DNA of 47,521 bases. Origin: a virus (Duplodnaviria > Caudoviricetes). Where the stretch lies: the IMG/VR virus record IMGVR_UViG_3300005611_000049, positions 1 through 47,521 of that record; one strand, 5' to 3'. The notes below the pieces were generated by a model, which was not told the origin of the DNA, ran no database searches, and saw only the letters and a program-made list of their open reading frames with translations. This document shows positions 8,811 to 16,645 of this stretch, piece after piece (the first letter of the stretch is position 1; each line of letters opens with the position of its first letter). The translations under genes and the position numbers were made by a program.

Positions 8811-9836
8811 TTATCGTCTCATTAAGCTAGGAATGCGATTGGCATCGAGCATTTGCTCCTCGATCTGCTCGTCACTCATAGCTTGGTCTGGCAAGTTAGC
8901 TTTTTCATCTTGTGTTGGGTCGTTCATGATTCCACCAACTGCCTTATTCTGTCGTTCAAATTGTTCTTCAGCGTCTTTCATCATTTCTTCTAGTTTTTCT
9001 ACGCCGATAACATCTACTGCTTTTTTGGTGAATACAAACTCACCGTCTGATAGTCGTGCAGGTATTTCATCTGATGTACCAGTACCGGGTCCGTCTACTT
9101 CTCCAGCACCTGTAAACTCTGCAGAAGATAGGACAATCTTGTCAAACAATTCACTAAGTCTGTCATCAGCTTCTAGTGCTTTGTTTACATATTCCATTTC
9201 ATCATCTGATAGTGTTTCGTCCATAACATATGAAACATAATCTTCTTCCATTTCTGCATCAGGCTTCATGCCTTCTACAGGAATTAATAATCCAACTGCT
9301 CCGCCATGTGCTTTCATTTGACGTGGACCTAATTCTTGAATAAGCCCTTGAAAACCTTCAAACATGTCATAATCATCAGGCGAAACATTAGTAATAAACT
9401 CACGAGTTTCTTTAGGGTTAAGACCTTGCGTATAGTTCTTTAGTTCTCCTAAACTGTTAAACAGTTGTAGATTGTCTGCAACATCAGCTGGGTCCATTCC
9501 TCGTACAAGCTCTAGTGTATCTTCTTGTACATCTCCCATATCTGGAGAAAGCTTAGAGCGATATGCTGGAGGCAGGTCAGCCATTAATGCTTCTAAGTCA
9601 TCTGGGTCCATGTTGTCTAAAAACTCTGGGTCTTGCATTAAAGCGTCTTCAAGCATTTCTGCTGCTCTGTCTGCTTCTTCATCTGCAAGAGCTGCTTTAC
9701 GCTTAGCAGTTACTTTTGGTGCATCTTTAGATGCTTTTGCTCCTGCAAAGCTTAAAACTTTTTTAGCTAAAACACCACCAACGCTTTTTGTTTGACGTTC
9801 TGGCGGCATCATTAAAGATTTATCATACATTGTCAT
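8811..9836 (-). CDS. Acidic virion-associated protein with GPGTGTSDEIPARLSDGEFV motif and three RQxKxxGG motifs
   Basis: ORF track. The GPGTGTSD.IPARLS.GE.V motif is familiar from phage tape-measure and virion proteins. Confidence 0.7.
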   Translation of the reverse strand: MTMYDKSLMMPPERQTKSVGGVLAKKVLSFAGAKASKDAPKVTAKRKAALADEEADRAAEMLEDALMQDPEFLDNMDPDDLEALMADLPPAYRSKLSPDMGDVQEDTLELVRGMDPADVADNLQLFNSLGELKNYTQGLNPKETREFITNVSPDDYDMFEGFQGLIQELGPRQMKAHGGAVGLLIPVEGMKPDAEMEEDYVSYVMDETLSDDEMEYVNKALEADDRLSELFDKIVLSSAEFTGAGEVDGPGTGTSDEIPARLSDGEFVFTKKAVDVIGVEKLEEMMKDAEEQFERQNKAVGGIMNDPTQDEKANLPDQAMSDEQIEEQMLDANRIPSLMRR

Positions 9837-10059
9837 CTTTGAATTCCTTTGCGGCTTTTACTTGGGCTGGAAGTGTCAGGAGATTATCCAGAAAATTCAC
9901 TTTCCCCTGCTTGCGGAATATTTCCTGTTCCGATGTTGCCACCACCAGTCCCTGTAACTCCAAGGTCTTGCGGTGGTTGAGGTACTCCTTCAGGGCTTCC
10001 CATAACTCCGGGTTGTTCGTTAGGGGAGACAGCCTCGCTGCCAGTTGCTTGTCCAACAT
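9823..10059 (-). CDS. Small helical protein overlapping the portal C-terminus
   Basis: 78 aa, W..L..YL and IFRKQGKV patterns typical of post-portal genes; overlaps the start of the next gene. Confidence 0.65.
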   Translation of the reverse strand: MLDKQLAARLSPLTNNPELWEALKEYLNHRKTLELQGLVVATSEQEIFRKQGKVNFLDNLLTLPAQVKAAKEFKDDNV

Positions 10060-12052
10060 TATTTTGCATTCCTATTATTTGTGCAGCAATTGCAGCCTCT
10101 TCTGGGTCATTAAGAATCTCATCAGGATCAAGATCCAACGAGTAAGCCAACTCAGAAATAAGCTTAGACATTTTAACAAATGGAGCAACTGCTGGGTTTT
10201 GGGCTGTCTGCAAGAACATCGTTAATCGTTGACTACGTACTTCTTTTTGCATTAAGCTGTTTGTACCCATAGCTTTAATTTCTAGATCACCTTGAGTATC
10301 TAGATCACCTTCAAAGAACTGCATGTTCCACTGAAAATATGCTTGGCCTAAAGGACGTAAAAGAAAATCGTCTAGATTTTTAACAACAGTCTTAATATTT
10401 AATGACGCAGCACCCAGTAGCATTGACATGCCTGACGCTGTTCTTGTCATGCTTTGAACGCCTGTCATGCCATGTGAGTAGCTTGGGATGCCTGTTTGTT
10501 CATCGGCTAACTGCCGGAACTTGTCAAACATCATCATATTTTCTTGCGAAGTGTTAGGAAACTTTAAGCCATGAATGCTTTGTCCCGGTACACCTGCTTG
10601 GCGACGGAAAATCTTGCCGGGATATACTTCCATGCTTTGACCGCCAGCCAACATAGATTCATCAACTTCAAAGACCAATGAGCCGCTAAGAGCTAAGTTG
10701 TCGATAGCCATACGTGCATGACCATTCATAACCTGTTGGCTATCATTCATGTTTTCTGCAACGCCAATACCAAAAAAGCTGTATGGATTTCGCTCGTAAG
10801 GAAAAGCATGATAAGGAATGCGCATAGGTGTAAATGGGTTTACAACTGCACGAAGAACAATGCCATTACAAACCCAAGCATTAATTTGAACCTCATCAAG
10901 ATCATCAACATCTTCTGAAAGCTCCATGCCTACTTCACGGGCATATTCTGCATCCATAATACCCCAATATTCAAGAACCTCATACTGACCACTACCGTAA
11001 TCATTTGAGCGCTGATCATCTTTTAATTCATGCTCATAATCACGCTCAGTGTAGTTAGGGCCAAGCGAAAGAACTTCACGGATAGCGTCTTCGTCAAAGT
11101 ATGGAAGTTTTGTTAGGCCTCGAACTTGAGACTTGTTTAGCTTATGGCGATGTAAAACATATTCACATTCTTCTAAAGAAGTGGCACTAGGGTCAGGGAA
11201 AAAATCCCAAATAGACACAAACTCAATACGAGGAACTCTAACAAATAATGGGTTATATTCACGGTCTCCTGTCTCTTCGCTGTTTTCCCAGCGATGTAAA
11301 GTTTTATTAAAATTAAACGGGCCTTTGATAATGCCTGTACCAAACAAACACGATTCAAAGATTGCGTTTCTTAATTCGCTTGAGCCGTTAGACTCATCAA
11401 TTTGATCATGAATTAATTTCTCCATATTTCGTGCTGCTTCTTTAGCTGGAGAAATTTCTAATACTTGTGGGTCTGGATGTGGACCTTCTTCAAAACTATC
11501 AATATTTTCTTCAATTGCTTTGTCTAAAAACTTTGAAGTTCTATATGTAGCTCCGGGCTTAAGAACTTTTCCATCACCTTCAAAGCCTACTTCAAAAGGG
11601 TTTTCTGGTTCTTCTTGAATTCCAGTGGGTGTAGCTGCGCTTGTTTCAATTCCGGGCGCTGCTTGGTTTGCAAGGTGCATATACTCTGCAACGCCTTCTG
11701 GAATTTCTGTTGGGCTTACACCAATAGGAAACTTTCCTGTCCCAAAGATAACGTCAATTAACTGACCGTAGGCCGCAAGCACTTTAGTTTTTGTAATTTT
11801 AATAAAGACTCTGGACTTTTCACTTTCACGGAAAGGGACGTGCTTTGGGTAAACACCACGGAAATTATGATAAGCATCTATCCAACGGTCTTCATCATAT
11901 TCTCGTGCTTGTTCAGCACTAATAAAACGAGCCTCAATAAGGCCTGCAAGATTTGACTTGAGGGTTTCATTTAGTTCAACATTAAGGCCGTCTTCATTTT
12001 CTACTTCAGAAAAATAAAGACCGTCTGCATTGTCTAAGATGTTATCATTCAT
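9884..12052 (-). CDS. Portal protein
   Basis: 722 aa after TerL. SRVFIKITKTKV, FGTGIIKGP, WDFFPDP, FFGIGVAE and RTASGMSML motifs. Confidence 0.9.
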   Translation of the reverse strand: MNDNILDNADGLYFSEVENEDGLNVELNETLKSNLAGLIEARFISAEQAREYDEDRWIDAYHNFRGVYPKHVPFRESEKSRVFIKITKTKVLAAYGQLIDVIFGTGKFPIGVSPTEIPEGVAEYMHLANQAAPGIETSAATPTGIQEEPENPFEVGFEGDGKVLKPGATYRTSKFLDKAIEENIDSFEEGPHPDPQVLEISPAKEAARNMEKLIHDQIDESNGSSELRNAIFESCLFGTGIIKGPFNFNKTLHRWENSEETGDREYNPLFVRVPRIEFVSIWDFFPDPSATSLEECEYVLHRHKLNKSQVRGLTKLPYFDEDAIREVLSLGPNYTERDYEHELKDDQRSNDYGSGQYEVLEYWGIMDAEYAREVGMELSEDVDDLDEVQINAWVCNGIVLRAVVNPFTPMRIPYHAFPYERNPYSFFGIGVAENMNDSQQVMNGHARMAIDNLALSGSLVFEVDESMLAGGQSMEVYPGKIFRRQAGVPGQSIHGLKFPNTSQENMMMFDKFRQLADEQTGIPSYSHGMTGVQSMTRTASGMSMLLGAASLNIKTVVKNLDDFLLRPLGQAYFQWNMQFFEGDLDTQGDLEIKAMGTNSLMQKEVRSQRLTMFLQTAQNPAVAPFVKMSKLISELAYSLDLDPDEILNDPEEAAIAAQIIGMQNNVGQATGSEAVSPNEQPGVMGSPEGVPQPPQDLGVTGTGGGNIGTGNIPQAGESEFSG

Positions 12053-12055
12053 ATA

Positions 12056-13738
12056 TTAGTAACCAAATGTTGAATCGAAGGGTTGAAAGTGCTGCTCACG
12101 CTGTAAAGACCTTATTTGACTAAATGTATCATTTATTCTAGGCCTAGACATGATAAGATATCGTAAAGCGTCGTAGGCGTGGTCTGAAGCGTGTGTATCA
12201 ACATCCTCAGGATTGTTCTTGTCAAGCGGTATGCTTTGTAACTCACGAATTAAATTTGGACAAGTGTTAAGTATTTGCATTCGTGGTCTTCCAGATGATT
12301 GAACTTTTAAGTGTTCATGTATCTGTATTTTACCTGCAACTCGATTCTTATCTGCAGGTCTAAGCTTGTGTCCAGCTTGTATTAATGTTTCTGCAACTGT
12401 CGGGCCTGTAGTTCCAGTCCTTGACCAACACGCTGTATCTAGTACGCCTCTGACAGAAGTTGGATCACTTAGTTCCATATTTGTTAACATTTCTGCTAAC
12501 TCTGTAGCTAAAAGACCCTTTCTATATAACTCTCTATAAACAATCAGCGTTCCGTCGCTAGGATCTACTGCAGCCCAAATACAAGCTGATTCTGATGCGT
12601 AACCATAGTCAAGGCCTTTAACACGCTCCCAGTGCAGTGGGATTTCAAATGGCTCGATAACATGGAGATGTCTGTCGAACTCTGTAAATGCTGCGCCTTC
12701 TGCAATTTCCCAGTTGCCTTCGAGTAACTGTTTGCGCTGGGTAGGCGGCAAGCTTTTTAGCATTTGCTCGTATCGCCCATCTTGGGCTAAATACGGATTG
12801 TCGTTTAGTCTTGCTGGAATAAACTTTCGTGTAATTCCATCATCACCAACATAAGATTCATTAGGTGGTGCTGGAGCTATATATCTTTTTTTAACCCAAT
12901 GCGCTCCCGCACCTCCGGGGTTTGCTGTACAACGCATATAAGGCGTTATTTCTGAGTCGGTTGTTCTAAGCCGCGAAGCTAAATAGTTCCAAGAGAATTC
13001 AGTCGGTAGGTGTGTTATCTCATCAAAACCTATCCAACTGTATGCTTGTCCTTGGTAACGATACACATCTGCATCACGTTCCAAAAATCCAAACTCTACT
13101 TTTGCACCGCTTGGAAAATTCCAAAGTTTTTCTACTTCACGGTACTTACAGCCGGGGAAGGCTTTGGGGTAGAGTTCACGCGATTTGTCGATTAGTTCGC
13201 GTAACTCTGGCATAGAACGCCGCAGGATTAATGCTCTATGCGCTGCCCTGTGTGCAAAGCGAAGTGGATCAACCAACATCGCATAGCTTTTGCCTCCACC
13301 AGCCGCTCCGCCATACAATACATCTGTTTCACCTGCAGCCAAGAAATCCGTCTGTGGTCCTTCATTAGGACTGAAGATAACATTTTCTTTCAACTCTGAT
13401 TTGAGTGAAGCGGGTGCTTCTTCAACGAATGTATCTTCGACAACTTTACTTTTATTGTTGTCTTCTAGTAAGTCTAGGGCTTTTTCAGTTTTTTCAACAG
13501 ACTTTTGGTATCGTGATATTGCGGAACGTGCCTGCGCTATCTTTTTCTTTTTTACTCTTACTTTTTTTGAAGCTTCTTGTTTTGCCTTGGTTTTTGAATG
13601 ATAGTTGTATCCACGACCTTTAGCGCCTTTGGGTCTGCCCGGTTTTTTCTTGGGGGTGCCATCAGTTTTAAGCTTAAAGCTTCCATTTTCATTTTGTAAA
13701 TAGTTTTGTGGGTTTATATCCCAATCGTTCTTATCCAT
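12056..13738 (-). CDS. terL: Terminase large subunit with a basic N-terminal extension
   Basis: Walker A YGGAAGGGKS, Walker B IGFDE, motif III CTANPGG, nuclease GLDYGY and DHAYDALRY. Confidence 0.95.
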   Translation of the reverse strand: MDKNDWDINPQNYLQNENGSFKLKTDGTPKKKPGRPKGAKGRGYNYHSKTKAKQEASKKVRVKKKKIAQARSAISRYQKSVEKTEKALDLLEDNNKSKVVEDTFVEEAPASLKSELKENVIFSPNEGPQTDFLAAGETDVLYGGAAGGGKSYAMLVDPLRFAHRAAHRALILRRSMPELRELIDKSRELYPKAFPGCKYREVEKLWNFPSGAKVEFGFLERDADVYRYQGQAYSWIGFDEITHLPTEFSWNYLASRLRTTDSEITPYMRCTANPGGAGAHWVKKRYIAPAPPNESYVGDDGITRKFIPARLNDNPYLAQDGRYEQMLKSLPPTQRKQLLEGNWEIAEGAAFTEFDRHLHVIEPFEIPLHWERVKGLDYGYASESACIWAAVDPSDGTLIVYRELYRKGLLATELAEMLTNMELSDPTSVRGVLDTACWSRTGTTGPTVAETLIQAGHKLRPADKNRVAGKIQIHEHLKVQSSGRPRMQILNTCPNLIRELQSIPLDKNNPEDVDTHASDHAYDALRYLIMSRPRINDTFSQIRSLQREQHFQPFDSTFGY

Positions 13739-13958
13739 CTTTATTTACTATTTTTTGTAGTCCTTGATGGGAAATAGAGCGACCAGTCTTATGGGTCAAC
13801 CACAACGCACCCTCGCGTAGAGACAAAGATTTTGATTTAATCATCGGTAGTATCTTGTTTAAAGCTTCAAGTTCGCTGGGTATCTCTTCGATGTGTTCAA
13901 AATCATTATCTACTAACTTGTAACCAAATGGAATTGTGCTGCTAGTCCGTCTCTTCAT
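13731..13958 (-). CDS. Small DNA-binding protein resembling the serine-recombinase 'recombinase' domain
   Basis: IPFGYK...SLREGALWL...GRSISHQGLQK pattern; no catalytic serine domain. Confidence 0.55.
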   Translation of the reverse strand: MKRRTSSTIPFGYKLVDNDFEHIEEIPSELEALNKILPMIKSKSLSLREGALWLTHKTGRSISHQGLQKIVNKDG

Positions 13959-14346
13959 ATTCTACATCTTCAATGATAGTCGGGGCTTTAGCCGGAAGTA
14001 TAAACAATCCACTTGGTGTTTCAACTTTAACATCTAGTCTTTCTTTCTTTGCTACTCCTACACGGTCTAGAAGCGTCTGTGCGGCCTGTAGACGAATATT
14101 AGCTTGTGGGATAGGCTCATCACTATCCATAACTTGAACGAGCTTCAGAGCGGCTTTAGGAGCGTTTACGGCCAGCACGCCTTCTGCTAGATCTAGTATT
14201 TCAGATTTGAGGGCTTTTACCACAGCTGTGTAGCTTCCGGGTGCATATCCAGCCATTTCTGCGGCTTGACGTGCATTGCCTCCACAAGCAATAAGATTGT
14301 CAAGAAAGTCTTGTTGTTTTACTGTCAATTCTTTTTTAGTTTCCAT
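13942..14346 (-). CDS. terS: Terminase small subunit
   Basis: HTH LTVKQQDFL...GNARQAAEMAGY and RLQAAQTLLDRVG. Start reassigned to ATG 14346, because the track's TTG start is the -35 box. Confidence 0.75.
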   Translation of the reverse strand: METKKELTVKQQDFLDNLIACGGNARQAAEMAGYAPGSYTAVVKALKSEILDLAEGVLAVNAPKAALKLVQVMDSDEPIPQANIRLQAAQTLLDRVGVAKKERLDVKVETPSGLFILPAKAPTIIEDVEYEETD

Positions 14347-14353
14347 GTTATAT

Positions 14354-14382
14354 ATTATAATGTTATATAGAGAGTTTGTCAA
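14354..14382 (-). promoter_or_regulatory. Perfect-consensus sigma70 promoter for the late/packaging arm
   Basis: TTGACA (14382-14377), 17-bp spacer, TATAAT (14359-14354). Confidence 0.9.
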
Positions 14383-14415
14383 GAAATATTTTTATTTATT
14401 TTTGGTACTATTTCA

Positions 14416-14444
14416 TTGACAAAATTAAAATACAGGTGTATAAT
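14416..14444 (+). promoter_or_regulatory. Perfect-consensus sigma70 promoter, rightward
   Basis: TTGACA (14416-14421), 17-bp spacer, TATAAT (14439-14444); AT-rich UP-like region 14383-14415. Confidence 0.9.
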
Positions 14445-14450
14445 AATATT

Positions 14451-14532
14451 TGTACCCGCCAGAGGTGCATATATATACATCTACTCGCCCACTTTCGTGG
14501 GAGTTTCTTTAAAGGCCGGTGGGCCTTTTTTT
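14451..14532 (+). ncRNA. Candidate ~80-nt small RNA or attenuator leader
   Basis: Bounded by the perfect promoter and an intrinsic terminator. Contains hairpins and no RBS-led ORF. Confidence 0.5.
14511..14532 (+). terminator. Intrinsic terminator
   Basis: AAAGGCC-GGT-GGGCCTTT followed by a T7 run. Confidence 0.75.
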
Positions 14533-14584
14533 GTGTCCGCAATTTATGGGGGCTTTAAAGGTCGGTGGGGCAAACTGGTAGACA

Positions 14585-14861
14585 CTCCAAAACCTTCTGA
14601 AAATGTTTGAGCATGAGTATATATACGGGGGAGGGGGCATGGGCACCTGCGTACCCCTACATGACACGCACAAGCCTCCGAAGACTTTCAAAGTCTTTGT
14701 ACACACACGCAAAAGGCTCCAAAAATTTTAGAGTCTCTAGTGGACAGCCTCCAAAAACCTTTAGAAATCTTTAAAGATTTATAACTTTTCTAAAAAACCT
14801 CCAAAGATTTCAACAACCTACCGAATATTCTAAATCTACGATTTATCCCCTCCGAAGATTC
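14585..14861 (+). repeat. Dispersed CTCCRAARA-like repeats and short palindromes (probable genome terminus or origin region)
   Basis: Copies near 14585, 14676, 14717, 14749, 14799 and 14850. Palindromes AAGACTTTcAAAGTCTT (14681-14697) and AAATCTTTAAAGATTT (14765-14780). Confidence 0.6.
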
Positions 14862-15012
14862 TGCTTTCTTCGCCTGTTTTAGCACGCATAATGCGCAGGA
14901 AAAATTGCGCACCAGAAAGTTGTTGACCCCTCGAAATTTTTGTGTCCTTAATGGAATGGCAAAACCGACAACGGCTTGCAAACATTCTTTCAAACATTAC
15001 GGAGTAATGACC

Positions 15013-15501
15013 ATGAGCATTTCGAACCTTCAAAAATCAGAGATTTTCGCTAACGTCGATGGGAACCGTATCGCCTCCACACGACAGCTTTACGCTGTAG
15101 CAAAGCACTTTGGCAAGATCGGTGGCAAGAATCCCACTGAGTCTTACAGACTCTCCAAAGTCTTCAGCGCCATTCTCTTAAAGTTTCAGAATGAAAATAC
15201 TGAAACTCCCATCACCCATGCTGATGTGGGCCGCTTCTTCGAAGCTGAAACGATTCCAAAGAAGTTCACCAACATGATGACTTCTAAGCCTGTTAAGGCT
15301 AAGAAGGTTGTGAAGGACACACCGAAGCCTAAGACGACCACCGCTAAAAAGATTCAAGCAAACACGTCAGAACTCAAAGAGTTCCAAGCACGATTTGATG
15401 CCATCACAAAGCGACAAGATGCAACCGACAAGAAACTTGCTACCTTCGAAGCGAAGCTTGATATTATTATGGCTTACCTCGAAACTGACCCAGATGCTTA
15501 A
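15013..15501 (+). CDS. First early gene: hypothetical protein with a Lys-rich linker and C-terminal coiled coil
   Basis: GGAG at 15001, ATG at 15013 (MSISNLQK). Confidence 0.75.
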   Translation: MSISNLQKSEIFANVDGNRIASTRQLYAVAKHFGKIGGKNPTESYRLSKVFSAILLKFQNENTETPITHADVGRFFEAETIPKKFTNMMTSKPVKAKKVVKDTPKPKTTTAKKIQANTSELKEFQARFDAITKRQDATDKKLATFEAKLDIIMAYLETDPDA

Positions 15502-15547
15502 TCTGGGTTTTATAAACTTAAACACATCACACACAGGAATAAATATT

Positions 15548-15709
15548 ATGACGCAAGATGAGTTGTACGTCATTATCGGAAAGCAAGCGGCTGTAATTGA
15601 AAATTACCAGCATTTGTTAGAAGCCATTGAACTTGGATTCCTCCAAGGGGAAAATCAAGTTAAAGAAATAAAGCGAGCAGTCGAGCTTGCACAAGAAATT
15701 TTAAAATAA
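15548..15709 (+). CDS. Hypothetical early protein (MTQDELY...)
   Basis: AGGA RBS; start reassigned from the track. Confidence 0.7.
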   Translation: MTQDELYVIIGKQAAVIENYQHLLEAIELGFLQGENQVKEIKRAVELAQEILK

Positions 15710-15716
15710 ATTTAGC

Positions 15717-15733
15717 GGGGCTTCGGCCCCTTT
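15717..15733 (+). terminator. C(UUCG)G hairpin, weak terminator or processing site
   Basis: GGGGC-TTCG-GCCCC-TTT, intergenic. Confidence 0.6.
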
Positions 15734-15747
15734 GCTGAGGAATTATC

Positions 15748-15948
15748 ATGAAATTAAAAAAATTAAATTCTAAACTTTACAAGTATCGCTACTTCACCCT
15801 AAAGAATATACAATTCTTTTGGCTCATCATGGATGACAAGGGCGATGTTTGGACCGAAGCTGAAAGCTTAGAGGATTGCATTGATATCGTTGATGAATGG
15901 TACGATGAAATCCACGACCAATATTTAGAATTAGAGGCGTTAATGTAA
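15748..15948 (+). CDS. Hypothetical early protein
   Basis: ORF track; GAGGA RBS. Confidence 0.7.
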   Translation: MKLKKLNSKLYKYRYFTLKNIQFFWLIMDDKGDVWTEAESLEDCIDIVDEWYDEIHDQYLELEALM

Positions 15949-16082
15949 TGGATTATTTTGTATTAGGTTTAGTTGCTTTGACATTTATGGTGGCCTACTT
16001 TGTAGGTCATCGAGCTGGTCACGAGCAAGGCTTTAAAGACGCAATAATATTTGTAATTGAAGAAGGTAATTTTGAGGAATAA
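15948..16082 (+). CDS. Small single-TM protein (MDYFVLGLVALTFMVAYFVG..., 44 aa)
   Basis: Translated by hand; TAATG coupling, GAGG RBS. Confidence 0.65.
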   Translation: MDYFVLGLVALTFMVAYFVGHRAGHEQGFKDAIIFVIEEGNFEE

Positions 16083-16086
16083 TATT

Positions 16087-16314
16087 ATGGAGCAAGTAAT
16101 CGTTGCCGCACAGTGTAATCTTTGTAAATGTATACAAGCTGTTGATGTTCTTGAAAAATCTTGGGAAGAATATTCAACCGACCGAAACGCTTTAGTGCAA
16201 AATATATTTCCTGATTTAGATGTAGACGATCGCGAAATACTTATTGGGGCCGATAGTGGTGTTTATCACTGTCCACCTTGCTGGGAAAAAATGATACCTT
16301 GGGATGAGGAATAA
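16087..16314 (+). CDS. Small Zn-finger-like protein (CNLC...CPPC)
   Basis: GAGGA RBS, ATG 16087, two CxxC motifs. Confidence 0.7.
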   Translation: MEQVIVAAQCNLCKCIQAVDVLEKSWEEYSTDRNALVQNIFPDLDVDDREILIGADSGVYHCPPCWEKMIPWDEE

Positions 16315-16318
16315 TATT

Positions 16319-16420
16319 ATGAATGTTGAAGATCTTTTACAATTTATTAGCGCCTCTAGTGAGGACCACCAAAATTGGGCTGTATTAGTTTATAACTTTA
16401 AAATTATGGGAGGCCAGTAA
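16319..16420 (+). CDS. Small peptide (MNVEDLLQF..., 33 aa)
   Basis: Translated by hand; same RBS cassette as the previous gene. Confidence 0.55.
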   Translation: MNVEDLLQFISASSEDHQNWAVLVYNFKIMGGQ

Positions 16421-16421
16421 C

Positions 16422-16520
16422 ATGGTTTGTTTTCAGATTGAAATATTTTTAGCAGCTCATGTGTTGGTAAGCATGGTGTCAATAGGCTTTGGTTATTTAG
16501 TGGGGAGCTATTCAAAATGA
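16422..16520 (+). CDS. Small hydrophobic peptide (MVCFQIEIFLAAHVLV..., 32 aa)
   Basis: Translated by hand; GGAGG RBS. Confidence 0.55.
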   Translation: MVCFQIEIFLAAHVLVSMVSIGFGYLVGSYSK

Positions 16521-16645
16521 ATTTTGATCCGGCGTTAGGAATAGTTGTTTTAATATCTACTATCGTTGTTGTCTGTTGGCTAACAATAGATAAAGAAGAT
16601 TTTCAAAAAAGATTTGATAAAGCGCATGGCGAGGACTCAGAATGA
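16517..16645 (+). CDS. Small single-TM protein (MNFDPALGIVVLISTIVVVCWL..., 42 aa)
   Basis: Translated by hand; ATGA overlaps at both ends, GGAG RBS. Confidence 0.6.
   Translation: MNFDPALGIVVLISTIVVVCWLTIDKEDFQKRFDKAHGEDSE

Noticed and set aside
747-13623. Plus-strand ORFs inside the structural genes (e.g. 2781-3185, 8833-9240, 13290-13601)
   Set aside because: Antisense shadows of well-supported genes, Ser-rich and without RBSs.
13731-13958. Integrase indicating lysogeny
   Set aside because: Only 75 aa with no catalytic domain; no repressor or att site seen.
14585-14861. CRISPR-like mini-array
   Set aside because: The repeats are only ~9 nt, degenerate and irregularly spaced. The Cas4-like gene sits in the replication module with no other cas genes.
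14923-14952. Early promoter TTGACC...CTTAAT upstream of the first early gene
   Set aside because: The position is plausible, but the -10 match is poor and the spacer is 18 bp, so it is not supportable without data.
14376-15033. Track ORFs in the control region (14376+, 14416+, 14509-, 14790-, 14836-)
   Set aside because: They lack RBSs, some start on promoter TTG boxes, and they overlap the terminator and repeats.
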